From Candidatus Hadarchaeota archaeon (GTDB lineage: Archaea > Hadarchaeota > Hadarchaeia > Hadarchaeales > Hadarchaeaceae), in NCBI GenBank assembly GCA_964514965.1, contig CAZETV010000001.1, forward strand, positions 30,001-62,000: a stretch of DNA of 32,000 nt, given 5' to 3'. Below the pieces are notes generated by a model. The model did no database searches and was not told where the DNA came from. It was given only the letters and a program-made list of their open reading frames with translations. Position numbers and translations under genes: made by a program. This document shows positions 8,650 through 17,804 of this stretch, piece by piece (position 1 is the first letter of the stretch; every line of letters begins with the position of its first letter).

Positions 8650-9905
8650 CTTACAAAGTCAAGAACATCAAGCTCGCACCCCAAGGCAAACGCATGATTG
8701 ATTGGGCCGAGCGCCACATGCCTGTGCTGGCCGAAATTCGTCGTGAACTTTCAAAGACAAAACCGCTCAGGGGTATGAGGGTCGGAGCGGCCCTGCACAC
8801 CGAGGCCAAGACGGCGGTGCTCGTCCGAACTCTCGTGGCGGCGGGAGCCAAGACGGCGATAACTAGCTGCAATCCGCTTTCAACACGTGATGAAGTTGCC
8901 GCAGCTCTAGCGAAGGAGGGCGTTGAAGTTTACGCGTGGCGGGGAGAAACCGCTCAAGAATATTACACCAACCTCAATCATGTGCTCGATATCAAGCCCG
9001 ATGTGCTAGTGGACGATGGGGCCGATCTTATCTCGCTCGTCCATTCAAAGCGTACCGCGCTTTTGAAACGCATTCTGGGTGCATCGGAGGAAACGACTAC
9101 AGGGGTTAATCGGCTGCGGGTGATGTCAGCGGATGGTGCGCTCAAGTTTCCAGTGATGGCGGTCAACGACTCCCCGGCGAAACGCTTTTTTGACAACCGC
9201 TTCGGCACAGCAGAGTCCGCATTTCAAGCAATCACGGGAATCACCAACACGCTCATTGCTGGCAAGAACGTCGTAGTTGTTGGTTACGGTTTTGTTGGCC
9301 GAGGTATCGCCTCGCGCGCGAAAGGGTTGGGGGCAATCGTAGTCGTTGTTGAAACCGACCCAATCAAGGCGCTTGAGGCGACGATGGATGGTTTCAGAGT
9401 TGCAGGGATGAAAAAGGCTGCTCGTGTGGGCGATATATTCGTAACGACGACGGGTAACCTAAAGGTTATTCGTGAGGAGCATATGTGCATGATGAAAGAT
9501 GGCGCGATTTTGTGCAACGCGGGGCACTTCAACGTTGAGATAGACATTCCAGCACTCAGAAAGCTCGCCGTGAAGAGTTGTGAGGTGTTGGAGGATGTTG
9601 AGGAGTTTCAGCTCAAGGATGGTAAGCGGCTTTACTTGCTCGCGGAGGGGCGCTTGGTAAACCTCGCTGGTAAACGTTCGCTCGGACACCCGATGGAAAT
9701 TATGGACATGAGTTTCGCTCTGCAGGCTCTAAGTGTCGAATATATCGCTAAGCACGCTGGCGAGCTTGAGCCAAAGGTGCATGAGGTACCGGCAGAGATA
9801 GATCGCAAGGTGGCTGAAATCAAGCTCAAGTCGATCGATGTGGAACTTGAAAAGCCAACTAAGGAGCAATTTGAGTATTTAAAATCTTGGCGTGTGGGCA
9901 CTTAA
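8646..9905 (+). CDS. ahcY: Adenosylhomocysteinase family protein (archaeal short form; possibly an S-inosylhomocysteine hydrolase)
   Basis: The 419-aa ORF reads YKVKNIKLAPQGKRMIDWAERHMPVL...EETTTGV...VVVGYGFVGRGIA (NAD Rossmann). Its start overlaps the mtaD stop (ATGA). Confidence 0.9.
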   Translation: MTYKVKNIKLAPQGKRMIDWAERHMPVLAEIRRELSKTKPLRGMRVGAALHTEAKTAVLVRTLVAAGAKTAITSCNPLSTRDEVAAALAKEGVEVYAWRGETAQEYYTNLNHVLDIKPDVLVDDGADLISLVHSKRTALLKRILGASEETTTGVNRLRVMSADGALKFPVMAVNDSPAKRFFDNRFGTAESAFQAITGITNTLIAGKNVVVVGYGFVGRGIASRAKGLGAIVVVVETDPIKALEATMDGFRVAGMKKAARVGDIFVTTTGNLKVIREEHMCMMKDGAILCNAGHFNVEIDIPALRKLAVKSCEVLEDVEEFQLKDGKRLYLLAEGRLVNLAGKRSLGHPMEIMDMSFALQALSVEYIAKHAGELEPKVHEVPAEIDRKVAEIKLKSIDVELEKPTKEQFEYLKSWRVGT

Positions 9906-9939
9906 AAATGTAAAATGGAAATTTATTAGAGCTATTATT

Positions 9940-10209
9940 TTATTTTTTCCGCGCTATTTTTTCGAGTAATGTGAAAGATATGGCGCCAATCACCCCAAAT
10001 ATCAGAGGAATGTACCCGCCCTCACCCATACATATGCTCATCCTGTGCCAAAAAGTAGTCTCGGGTATCCAAAAGAGTTGCTTTTGACGAATATACGCCC
10101 AGATAATCCAAGCCACGAACCCACAGAGAGTAGCGATAAAGACTAACCTAGGAATCCACCATTTGACATTCTTTGCCCGCTGAGGCCTTCTACTTTTTGT
10201 CCTGTTCAT
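9940..10209 (-). CDS. Small hypothetical membrane protein (two predicted TM helices)
   Basis: The 89-aa ORF has a basic N-terminus followed by the hydrophobic stretches WWIPRLVFIATLCGFVAWIIWAYI and GYIPLIFGVIGAISFTLL. I recognise no family. Confidence 0.45.
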   Translation of the reverse strand: MNRTKSRRPQRAKNVKWWIPRLVFIATLCGFVAWIIWAYIRQKQLFWIPETTFWHRMSICMGEGGYIPLIFGVIGAISFTLLEKIARKK

Positions 10210-10307
10210 GCCGAAACTTCCTTACTATGATTTGAAAAAGATGTTATCCCACTTTTTTATAATCTCCTTGATTAAAATTTTCGTCACGAACCTCCCTTAA
10301 CGAACCT

Positions 10308-11564
10308 TCACGCGGCAGGTCTAAATCTCAAGAGCGCTGCTAACCCTTTGAAAGCTATTAGAAGTTGTTTGCCCTCCTCGGTTTCGGTTGAGATGAACTC
10401 GGCGCCAGCACCAAACTTTTCTGCTAGCTCCAACAGCTCTTGCACGACGTCCTTGTTCCCGACTAACGACAACCTAGTTTCGCCGCAGTTCGGGCATTCT
10501 CGCACAGATAGCTGTTTTTCAAATTTTTCGACATCTTCGACGGTTTCCCGCAGTTCATGCCCGCAAGATTGACATTTTGCAGTTACTCGATTTTTCCTTA
10601 TACCCTCTGAAATTAACAATAGCTCGACAGCACCCAGCTCGAGAGAGTGCCTGATTTCCCGCTCGCCATATGTCGCTAGTCCTCTGCCAGCGACGAGTTC
10701 TTCCATGAAGCGTTGGACGAGCGATTTTTCCTTCAGAATATCTAGGTCGGCGAGTATCTCACCTGATTTGTTGACCACTTCCTTTACTCCTTGCTCATCG
10801 GTGTAGCCAGTATCGAGTACTCCAGCGATTTTCTTCTTGATCCTATCTTGCAATAATTCACTTTTCAAGAATTCTTCTTTAGTCGGCCCAGGCCCACCGA
10901 CTATAACCGCCCGCAAATCTGATATATGCGAAAATATCTCGTTGGCGGCTTCTGCAACTCTTTTCGCGTACTCATGAGCAGCGATTTCTATCAACCTTTC
11001 GAACCGTCGTGCAGACTGACCTCCCTTGCCGTGTTTTCCGGGTACTCCGGAGGTCAACCTTCTCACTATCTCTATGTTTTTGCCACGTAGGGTCGCGAGC
11101 GTCGCTTCTCGCCGGTCCATGACGAGCACTCCCACGGTCTCTTTGACTTGGGTCATATCTCGCAGCGGGTCAAGCACGAACTCTTGGTCGCAACGATACA
11201 TCTTGATAGTTATCTGCTCGGGGGGTTCGACCCAATAAAGCTTGATGTCGGCGATGTCATCGCGTCCAGCCACGTTTCCACAAAATATTGCCATCCCATT
11301 TGGAGGGGGACGCTTGTGAGTGTCGGCGTAGATGCGCAAGAACTGGATAATTCGCTCGAGAGCGCTTACCACGTTCTTTCGGGTAGTTTTCGACTTTATA
11401 TTTGCTGCCGTCCCTTGCTCATCCCTGAGTTGTTGGATAACTTTGATGAGTTCAAAATCGGGGGTAATGTAGACCGAGATTAGCTCGGTTCCTCGGCCGC
11501 GCTTGCTAGCCAAATCTTCGAGCATCCGCTTAAATTGGTAACGCGCCTTGCTATCGACAGACAT
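10308..11564 (-). CDS. prf1: Peptide chain release factor aRF1
   Basis: The 418-aa ORF has NIKS (TAANIKSK), YxCxxxF (YRCDQEF) and GGQ (KGGQSARRF) motifs. The N-terminus YQFKRMLEDLASKRGRGTELISVYI is typical of the family. Confidence 0.95.
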   Translation of the reverse strand: MSVDSKARYQFKRMLEDLASKRGRGTELISVYITPDFELIKVIQQLRDEQGTAANIKSKTTRKNVVSALERIIQFLRIYADTHKRPPPNGMAIFCGNVAGRDDIADIKLYWVEPPEQITIKMYRCDQEFVLDPLRDMTQVKETVGVLVMDRREATLATLRGKNIEIVRRLTSGVPGKHGKGGQSARRFERLIEIAAHEYAKRVAEAANEIFSHISDLRAVIVGGPGPTKEEFLKSELLQDRIKKKIAGVLDTGYTDEQGVKEVVNKSGEILADLDILKEKSLVQRFMEELVAGRGLATYGEREIRHSLELGAVELLLISEGIRKNRVTAKCQSCGHELRETVEDVEKFEKQLSVRECPNCGETRLSLVGNKDVVQELLELAEKFGAGAEFISTETEEGKQLLIAFKGLAALLRFRPAA

Positions 11565-11635
11565 TCGTATTCCCCATCATACTTCTCAACCGCGAATGTT
11601 AATAATGTGGCGCCGAATTTATTTTTGGTGATAAT

Positions 11636-12322
11636 ATGCGTGTGACATTCTGTTTCGGTGGCTCAATATTGGCGCCGGATAAGCCGGATGTGGGCTGCAT
11701 TCGAGAGGTGGCTCAGACTCTCCGTACGCTCAAGTCGCAGATGCATGAAATCCTCGTCGTCACAGGTGGAGGAGGGCCTTCGCGCAAGTACATCGAAGTT
11801 GCACGAAAGTTTAAAGCTTCAAGCACCTTCTGCGATATCATAGGGATAAATTTCACACGCCTGAATGCTCGCCTGTTGATTGCTGCCCTCGGCGATCTCG
11901 CGGAACAGGAACCCATTACAACTTTTGAAGCGGCGATTAGAGTGATGCTTAGGGATAAAGTACCTGTGATGGGCGGTACAATGTCAGGTCAAACCACCGA
12001 TGCAGTCGCCGCGATGTTGGCTAGTTCGAGTAAGTCCAAACTTTTGATTTTCTTGACAGATGTGGACGGAGTTTACACAGCCGATCCTAAAATTGACCCA
12101 AAAGCAAAGAAGTTCAAGGTGATGACTGGTGATGAACTCATGAAGCTAGTGTCGGTAAAAAAAATGAAACCGGGAATTAACATGATAATCGACCCTGTGA
12201 GTGCGAAGCTCATCCAGCGGACGGGCATCCGAACTCTTGTGTTAGGGAAGCACGAGATCAAACGCTTACCGGAGATTTTAAGGGGTGCAGAGCATAGTGG
12301 TACTACGATTGTATCCGGATGA
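11636..12322 (+). CDS. pyrH: Uridylate (UMP) kinase, archaeal type
   Basis: The 228-aa ORF reads MRVTFCFGGSILAP...VVTGGGG..R.YI...GQTTDAVAA...TDVDGVYTADP, the amino-acid-kinase fold motifs. An A/T box (AATTTATTTTT) lies 14-24 nt before the ATG, which suggests a short or absent leader. Confidence 0.9.
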   Translation: MRVTFCFGGSILAPDKPDVGCIREVAQTLRTLKSQMHEILVVTGGGGPSRKYIEVARKFKASSTFCDIIGINFTRLNARLLIAALGDLAEQEPITTFEAAIRVMLRDKVPVMGGTMSGQTTDAVAAMLASSSKSKLLIFLTDVDGVYTADPKIDPKAKKFKVMTGDELMKLVSVKKMKPGINMIIDPVSAKLIQRTGIRTLVLGKHEIKRLPEILRGAEHSGTTIVSG

Positions 12323-12326
12323 TAAA

Positions 12327-12518
12327 ATGCCAGAGAACCATCGACATTGCATTGTTTGCGGGAAGGCGATTGAGCAAGATAAATTTTTCTGCTCACCTTC
12401 ATGCGAGGATGTCTTCAAAAAACAACAAAAGCGTATGTCACGCAGTAGATTAATTATGATAGCGATTTTTGTTGCAATTTTCGTGATGATTGTAGTTTTG
12501 CAATACATTAGGTCATGA
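12327..12518 (+). CDS. DUF2116-like zinc-ribbon protein with a C-terminal TM helix
   Basis: The sequence reads MPENHRHCIVCGKAIEQDKFFCSPSCEDVFKKQQKR, followed by the hydrophobic tail LIMIAIFVAIFVMIVVL. I chose the ATG at 12327, 4 nt after the pyrH stop, rather than the track start at 12285. Confidence 0.6.
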   Translation: MPENHRHCIVCGKAIEQDKFFCSPSCEDVFKKQQKRMSRSRLIMIAIFVAIFVMIVVLQYIRS

Positions 12519-15188
12519 AGATGTAATCAGGATGGTTAACGCGGGTTCTTGGATATCGATAACTTCAACTTTGTGCCCCGCACTTGCGGTCTCTTTTATC
12601 ACCTTCACATCTTCGGGCGCGAGTTCGAATTGTTTGTCACCCGCTTGGAGCGTGAGCTTCCCTTTTGCAAGCTGTGTTGCTAGTTCCTCTGGCTTCGTCT
12701 CACGCAAAGCTTGCACGACAAGTTTTACGTCCGCGCGTAGGCTCGGCCCTAGCTTTGCTAATTTGGGTTCGACCGCAAGCACGCGCTCGGCCAGCTTCGG
12801 TCTGCCGACTTTGATTTTGAGCTTCTCCACGCGCATGGTGCCGGAGATGTCTTCATTCACCTGCTTCACATGTTCTGCGGTCTCCTCGTTAGAGGCATAA
12901 ATTTCGACCGATGAAAGTTCCTTGCTAAGCGCCATCTTGTGCGCAGACTTGAATTGTCGAAGAGCACTCACGATTAAGTTTGCTATCTCGCCGGCTCGCT
13001 CGGCTGATTCGTTAATAAACTTCTTATTTACCTCGGGCCAGCTTGAGACGTGGATGCTTGGATGTGGGCAATTCTTGGCGAAGTGAGCTTGGTAAATCTC
13101 CTCGGAGAAGTGTGGTGTGAATGGAGCGAGCAGTTTAGTGGCGGCCAATATCACATGGTAAAGCGTATATCTTGCAGCGTCGGCAGTGGGATCGCCACCA
13201 TAGAGGCGGTGTTTAATTTCTTCAATGTACATATCGCAAAACTCGTGCCAAATGAAAGTCTGGATTGCGCCTAGTGCGTGGTTAAATTGGAAGTCATCGA
13301 GCCAGTCCGTGGTTTGCTTGATAAGTCGGTTGAGGCGGCTGAGAATCCAGAGGTCAACAGGTTTAAACTTGAGCTTCTCCGGGTCGAGCTCAGCAATTTT
13401 CGCGTTCAGATGGGTTCCCGCGAAACGCGCAGCATTCCAGAACTTACGCATGAAACGATAACCGAATTCGACATCCTTCCAGTTGAAGGGGATATCGGAA
13501 CCCGTGGAGGCTCCGATAGCTGCCCACTGCCGGAGGGCATCGGTCCCATACTTGCTCCGGGCCATTGTCGTGTCGACATAGTTGCCGAGCGACTTCGACA
13601 TCTTTCGACCGTCTTCACCAAAAACCATGCCGTTGATTAGCACCGTGCGATAAGGCGCCTCGCCCAGCAGCGCTAGGTGTCGAACCATAAGGTAGTAGTC
13701 CCATGTGCGGATGATGTCTGTCCCGTTAGGTTGAAGGTCTGCTGGAAAGAGGCGTCGGTCGAGCTCTGGCCAGCCGGCATGAACGGCGATTGTTATCGAA
13801 CTGTCCATCCATGTGTCGAGCACGTCTTTTTCAGGCTCGAAGCTTTTGTTGCCACATTTCGGGCATCGTTCGACTAGTGGTTCATCTTTCACAGGGTTCA
13901 CGGGCAGCTGTTTTTCCTCAGCGACAATAGGCTCTTTACAACTCGTACAGTACCAAGCTGGAATCGGGGTCGCAAAGATGCGCTGTCTCGATATCACCCA
14001 ATCCCAATCCATCGACTCTGCCCAGTCGATTAACCTCTGTCGCATGTGGTCGGGAACCCAACGGACTTGCTTGGCGCTTTCGACCACCTTGTCCTTGAGG
14101 TCTATCACTCTCATGAACCACTGCGGTTTTGCTAGAATTTCAACCGGAGTCTTGCACCGCCAACACACTCCGACGCTTTGAGCCAGCTTCTCCTGCTTAA
14201 CTATCAGACCCGCTTTGCGGAGGTCATCGATGATTGCACGCTTGCACTCCTTGAGCGTCAGTCCAGTGTATTTTCCAGCTGCTCCGCTCATCTTCCCTCT
14301 TTCATCGATGAGTTTGACTACGGGTAACTTGTAGCGTTTCGTCCATCGTACATCGGTCTTATCGCCAAAAGTGCAGACCATCACCACGCCCGTGCCGAAC
14401 TCGGGGTCAACTTCGTGGTCCTCGATGATTTCGACGACTTGACCGAATGGTGGAACCTCGAGTTTTTTTCCAACGTGTTTTCTGTAGCGCTCGTCTCCAG
14501 GGTAAACCGCCACGACCACGCATGCGGGAAGATACTCGGGTCGAGTGGTGGCTATGGTGAGGTATTCTTCTTCATCATGAAACTTGAACTTGATGTAGCT
14601 GAATGTTGCCTCTCGATCTTCGTATTCGACTTCGGCATCGGCAATCGCGGTTTCGCATCTCGGGCACCAGTTGACAGGATGCTCGCCTCGATAGATCAAA
14701 CCACGCTTGTAGAGCTGCACGAAGGATAACTGGGTTCGCCTGTAGTAGTCCGGGTTCATCGTCCGGTATTCTGTAGACCAATCGATTGAAAAGCCGAGCG
14801 AGTTCATCTCCTCCCTCATGTGGCCGATGTTTTCCTCGGTTAGCTTGATGCAGAGTTCGCGAAATTTTCCAACAGGGAGGTCGCCTTTACGGATTCCGTA
14901 GCGCTTTTCGACTTGAACTTCAGTTGGCAACCCGTGGCAATCCCAGCCTTGCGGGAACAGTACATTGAAACCGCGCATTCTTTTGTAGCGGGCGGCGATA
15001 TCGAAGTAGGTCCAGTTAAGCGCCGTGCCGATGTGAAACTCTCCGGACGGGTAGGGAGGTGGAGTATCAATAACGTAAGTCGGCTTTTTTTTATCTTCGC
15101 GGTCAAAGCGGTGGATGTCTAACTCTCTCCATCGCTCCTGCCACTTGGGTTCGATTTTGAGCGGTTCGTAATCTTTTGATACTTCCAC
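12513..15188 (-). CDS. valS: Valyl-tRNA synthetase
   Basis: The sequence reads PPPYPSGEFHIGTALN (HIGH-like) and KMSKSLGN, with the CP1 editing-domain motif VCTFGDKTD. I prefer the GTG start at 15188 (AAAGGAGGA SD 7 nt upstream, giving MEVSKDYEPLKIEPKWQERW). The track's TTG at 15242 is the alternative. Confidence 0.95.
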   Translation of the reverse strand: MEVSKDYEPLKIEPKWQERWRELDIHRFDREDKKKPTYVIDTPPPYPSGEFHIGTALNWTYFDIAARYKRMRGFNVLFPQGWDCHGLPTEVQVEKRYGIRKGDLPVGKFRELCIKLTEENIGHMREEMNSLGFSIDWSTEYRTMNPDYYRRTQLSFVQLYKRGLIYRGEHPVNWCPRCETAIADAEVEYEDREATFSYIKFKFHDEEEYLTIATTRPEYLPACVVVAVYPGDERYRKHVGKKLEVPPFGQVVEIIEDHEVDPEFGTGVVMVCTFGDKTDVRWTKRYKLPVVKLIDERGKMSGAAGKYTGLTLKECKRAIIDDLRKAGLIVKQEKLAQSVGVCWRCKTPVEILAKPQWFMRVIDLKDKVVESAKQVRWVPDHMRQRLIDWAESMDWDWVISRQRIFATPIPAWYCTSCKEPIVAEEKQLPVNPVKDEPLVERCPKCGNKSFEPEKDVLDTWMDSSITIAVHAGWPELDRRLFPADLQPNGTDIIRTWDYYLMVRHLALLGEAPYRTVLINGMVFGEDGRKMSKSLGNYVDTTMARSKYGTDALRQWAAIGASTGSDIPFNWKDVEFGYRFMRKFWNAARFAGTHLNAKIAELDPEKLKFKPVDLWILSRLNRLIKQTTDWLDDFQFNHALGAIQTFIWHEFCDMYIEEIKHRLYGGDPTADAARYTLYHVILAATKLLAPFTPHFSEEIYQAHFAKNCPHPSIHVSSWPEVNKKFINESAERAGEIANLIVSALRQFKSAHKMALSKELSSVEIYASNEETAEHVKQVNEDISGTMRVEKLKIKVGRPKLAERVLAVEPKLAKLGPSLRADVKLVVQALRETKPEELATQLAKGKLTLQAGDKQFELAPEDVKVIKETASAGHKVEVIDIQEPALTILITSS

Positions 15189-15257
15189 TTGATATCCTCC
15201 TTTGGCTTTCTGGGCAGCCTCATCAAAATCTGAATTAAACAATATAAATCAATTCGG

Positions 15258-16109
15258 CTATTCCACCTCAACGTTGCGTTCAGGGGGTATTCGCGCAAAA
15301 GCTTCCAAACTAGGCTGCGTGGGTGGGCGCTTAAATTTCACTTCTTTGTCAAGATTAACACGTAGCCCGGCGTAACCCGGCAACGTTTCTACACCCGTTG
15401 CAGCCTTGATTCGCTTCGCCTCCTTCTCTGGTGAATGTTTCAAGAACAGCATGCCCATATGCACTATCACTGCTAGTTCTGGTTTAACTTGATTTAGGAG
15501 ATCGATGAGGTCGTCAGAGCAGAGGTGCCACGGGATTCGCATCGCCAGCGGGCGCGTGACATTTGCTATTAAGACTCGACTGCCTTTGAAGTGCTTTGCG
15601 AGTTCATCAAAGTACTGGGTATCATTGGTGTAGCCTATGATGCCCTTTTGTGAGTGAATTTTTAACCCAAAAGTCGTGGGGTCGCTATGTTTTGTTGGTG
15701 TCGCATCGAGTTTTATGTCGTCTAACTTGCAACTTTCGCCGACTTGAAGGCAAATAACTTTCTCCGGCTTTCCTTGATGAAAACGCGAGACCGCCTGATC
15801 AAATTCTCCTACGCCCTCAAGCACGCTTTTGCTTCCTATTAACATGCCTCGTCTGCGGGTCATGTGTCGAGTCATCGCCTCGATGAGCACTTCTGCGTCA
15901 CAGTAATGGTCGAGATGGCAATGAGTAGCCACGACGCAGTCAAGATCAAGCGGATTTAAATTGTGCTGATGGGTAAGCAAGAGAGCTCCGGGTCCAGGAT
16001 CGACGTGTATTTTGATTCCCGCGTGCAAGCGGAAGCCCCCAGTCTTGAAATGTTGGGCGATAACTTGAAGACGGCCTCCACCGCATCCCAGAAATACTAG
16101 TTCGACCAT
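15258..16109 (-). CDS. Metallo-beta-lactamase-fold hydrolase
   Basis: The 283-aa ORF has the HxHxDH motif (ATHCHLDHYCD) and the N-terminus VFLGCGGG. It lies directly upstream of valS on the same strand. Confidence 0.8.
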   Translation of the reverse strand: MVELVFLGCGGGRLQVIAQHFKTGGFRLHAGIKIHVDPGPGALLLTHQHNLNPLDLDCVVATHCHLDHYCDAEVLIEAMTRHMTRRRGMLIGSKSVLEGVGEFDQAVSRFHQGKPEKVICLQVGESCKLDDIKLDATPTKHSDPTTFGLKIHSQKGIIGYTNDTQYFDELAKHFKGSRVLIANVTRPLAMRIPWHLCSDDLIDLLNQVKPELAVIVHMGMLFLKHSPEKEAKRIKAATGVETLPGYAGLRVNLDKEVKFKRPPTQPSLEAFARIPPERNVEVE

Positions 16110-16391
16110 AAGACTACCGATTTTTATTTGTGGGAGGAAAAATAAACCTGCTTAACAAGCTGTGAATGGATTTCTGCAGAGTTACTACAAGCGTTCCTGA
16201 GTCTAACCCAATTATCTTTTTCAAAAAGCGTCCAGTGGTGATTTAATAGAGAATGGCTATCCCAGGTAAAAAGAACTTGACGTGGATGAGGCTTTCAGGT
16301 TTTTGGGTTGCCTCTTCCAAAATTTAGGAGTTTGTACAGTCCTAACCATTAACTGGATGAACTGCCTGCATGTTGTAGGTGGAGATCGACC

Positions 16392-16617
16392 TCACGCCAC
16401 TATCAGCGAAGTCTCCGTGTACCGTACCCCGGAGATGCTCTGAATCTTGCTGACGACGGACTCACCGAGTGCTTTAAGATCTGCCACTTCAACCCGGACG
16501 ACGATATCAAACCTTCCTGTGGTCGCGGCAGCAAATCTTACTTCTGGCAAATTTTTGATTTTATCCAGGAGTCAAGGCTTTCCCAGGTTCAGTACGGATG
16601 TATGCGATTGCCTGCAT
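16392..16617 (-). pseudogene. Stand-alone Lrp/AsnC ligand-binding (RAM) domain protein interrupted by a 1-nt frame error
   Basis: This is my own translation. The ATG at 16617 (GGAGGTGG SD) gives MQAIAYIRTEPGKALTPG, with a stop at 16561-16563. The next frame is open from 16571 and reads LLDKIKNLPEVRFAAATTGRFDIVVRVEVADLKALGESVVSKIQSISGVRYTETSLIVA, with a stop at 16392-16394. The total is 226 nt, one more than a multiple of 3. Confidence 0.55.
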
Positions 16618-16895
16618 TATCCACCTCCTGCAAGTTCTATCTCACAAATTAATTTTGAACTTACAGCTAATTAAAACCATAATCCACGTTTTGATATAAT
16701 CTGCTCGTTCAGATTTTCGAAAGTAAATTGTTGGCATTTCAAGAAAGGATTATCTCGCGTATATCCGTAGGATGAATGTTTTGGTGAATGGCGCGGCAGA
16801 CCGTCACAAATGGATGTTTGATATCGGTTCTTCGCGTTCCAAAAATATTAAGAGATGCAACGATTGGATTAAAACTGGAAGGGTGTCTCCTTACA

Positions 16896-16986
16896 GGGCC
16901 CATAGCTCAGTTGGTAGAGCGCCGCCTTCGCATGCATTTGCCGGAAAAGGCGGAGGTCGCGGGTTCGAGTCCCGCTGGGTCCACCA
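16896..16986 (+). tRNA. tRNA-Ala (anticodon CGC) with a 15-nt intron at 37/38 and encoded CCA
   Basis: I drew the cloverleaf by hand. The acceptor GGGCCCA pairs with TGGGTCC, giving the G3:U70 Ala identity pair. The D arm is GCTC/GAGC, the anticodon stem is CCGCC/GGCGG, and the loop is TTCGCA..A. The intron is 16933-16947 (TGCATTTGCCGGAAA). The T arm is GCGGG-TTCGAGT-CCCGC, followed by ACCA. Confidence 0.9.
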
Positions 16987-17314
16987 CTTTTATTCAACCA
17001 CCCATCCCCGCCGTTAGCCTCGTCACTCGTGCTCATCGTCTTCGATACTAGAACTGCTAGTATCATTGCCGCACTCCTTTATAATTAGAATTTCGTTTTT
17101 CATTTTTTTCACTTCCTTACTCGCATTTTGGTATTCATACTAGTGGTAAACAGTAGCTGCACTAATGACCATCTGAGGGCAAACCGTGCACTATTTAAGT
17201 GTCTTAGTTCAATGAAATTAAGACACAATGGGCTTTTCTCAGGAAGAGCTTTTCAAAGAAACAGTTAAGACGTTTCTTCGGGTTGTGTCTAAGAAAAAAA
17301 GGAGTGTTAATAAA

Positions 17315-17500
17315 ATGGCATATGGCGGAAGATTCGGTGGACGCAGAAGGGATTTCCCTCGCGAAATGAACAAAGCGACTTGCTCAGACTGTGGCAAGGA
17401 ATGTGAGGTTCCCTTCAAACCAACAGAAGGTCGACCGGTTTACTGCAGAGAGTGCTTTCAGAAGCACCGATCAGAGAGAAGAGGCCCATCGCGCTGGTAG
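17315..17500 (+). CDS. CxxC-x17-CxxC zinc-ribbon protein with an Arg/Gly-rich N-terminus
   Basis: The sequence reads MAYGGRFGGRRRDFPREMNKATCSDCGKECEVPFKPTEGRPVYCRECFQKHR, with exactly 17 residues between the two CxxC pairs. An AGGAGTG SD lies 8 nt upstream of the ATG at 17315. The track's longer 17228 start lacks support. Confidence 0.7.
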   Translation: MAYGGRFGGRRRDFPREMNKATCSDCGKECEVPFKPTEGRPVYCRECFQKHRSERRGPSRW

Positions 17501-17804
17501 GTGAGCAGGTTCTGGTGGCTGTTCTCTTTGGTTAGCGATAGCTATCTTTCTCAGACTAGAAAGAAGTAATGGCTAACTAAAAAGGGACAAAATAGCAGGG
17601 AAAATTACAGAAAAACCTGTAAAGTTGAGTTCTCGAAATAGGAGAATCTGTCTACGCCACCTTGCTCATGAGGGCGCTTCGACCGCGTCTGAAATCGTTT
17701 AGGCCCTAGGGGTCCTTAGCGGCAAGCAAAGTGTAATGAAAGTAAAACGAATTAGATCAGATTATCTAAGAAGAAATTTAAGTAACGTGAGCAACTGCTT
17801 AAGG

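Noticed and set aside
10485-10574. Two CxxC pairs (CQSCGH...CPNCGE) in the C-terminal domain of aRF1, considered as an unusual zinc-ribbon insertion
   Set aside because: The pairs sit where eRF1/aRF1 proteins carry their variable minidomain. Without an alignment I cannot show they are atypical for archaeal aRF1. NIKS, YxCxxxF and GGQ are all standard, so nothing suggests altered decoding.
16772-17066. Three track ORFs (16772..17017+, 16788..17051+, 16869..17066-) around 16.9 kb
   Set aside because: All of them run through the tRNA-Ala gene, whose cloverleaf is unambiguous. The GC-rich tRNA sequence creates spurious open frames.
17228-17314. N-terminal extension of the zinc-ribbon ORF (track start 17228)
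   Set aside because: A strong AGGAGTG SD sits just before the internal ATG at 17315. The extension is Lys-rich, has no motif, and begins inside an A/T-rich promoter-like region containing an 8-bp hairpin (17199-17226).
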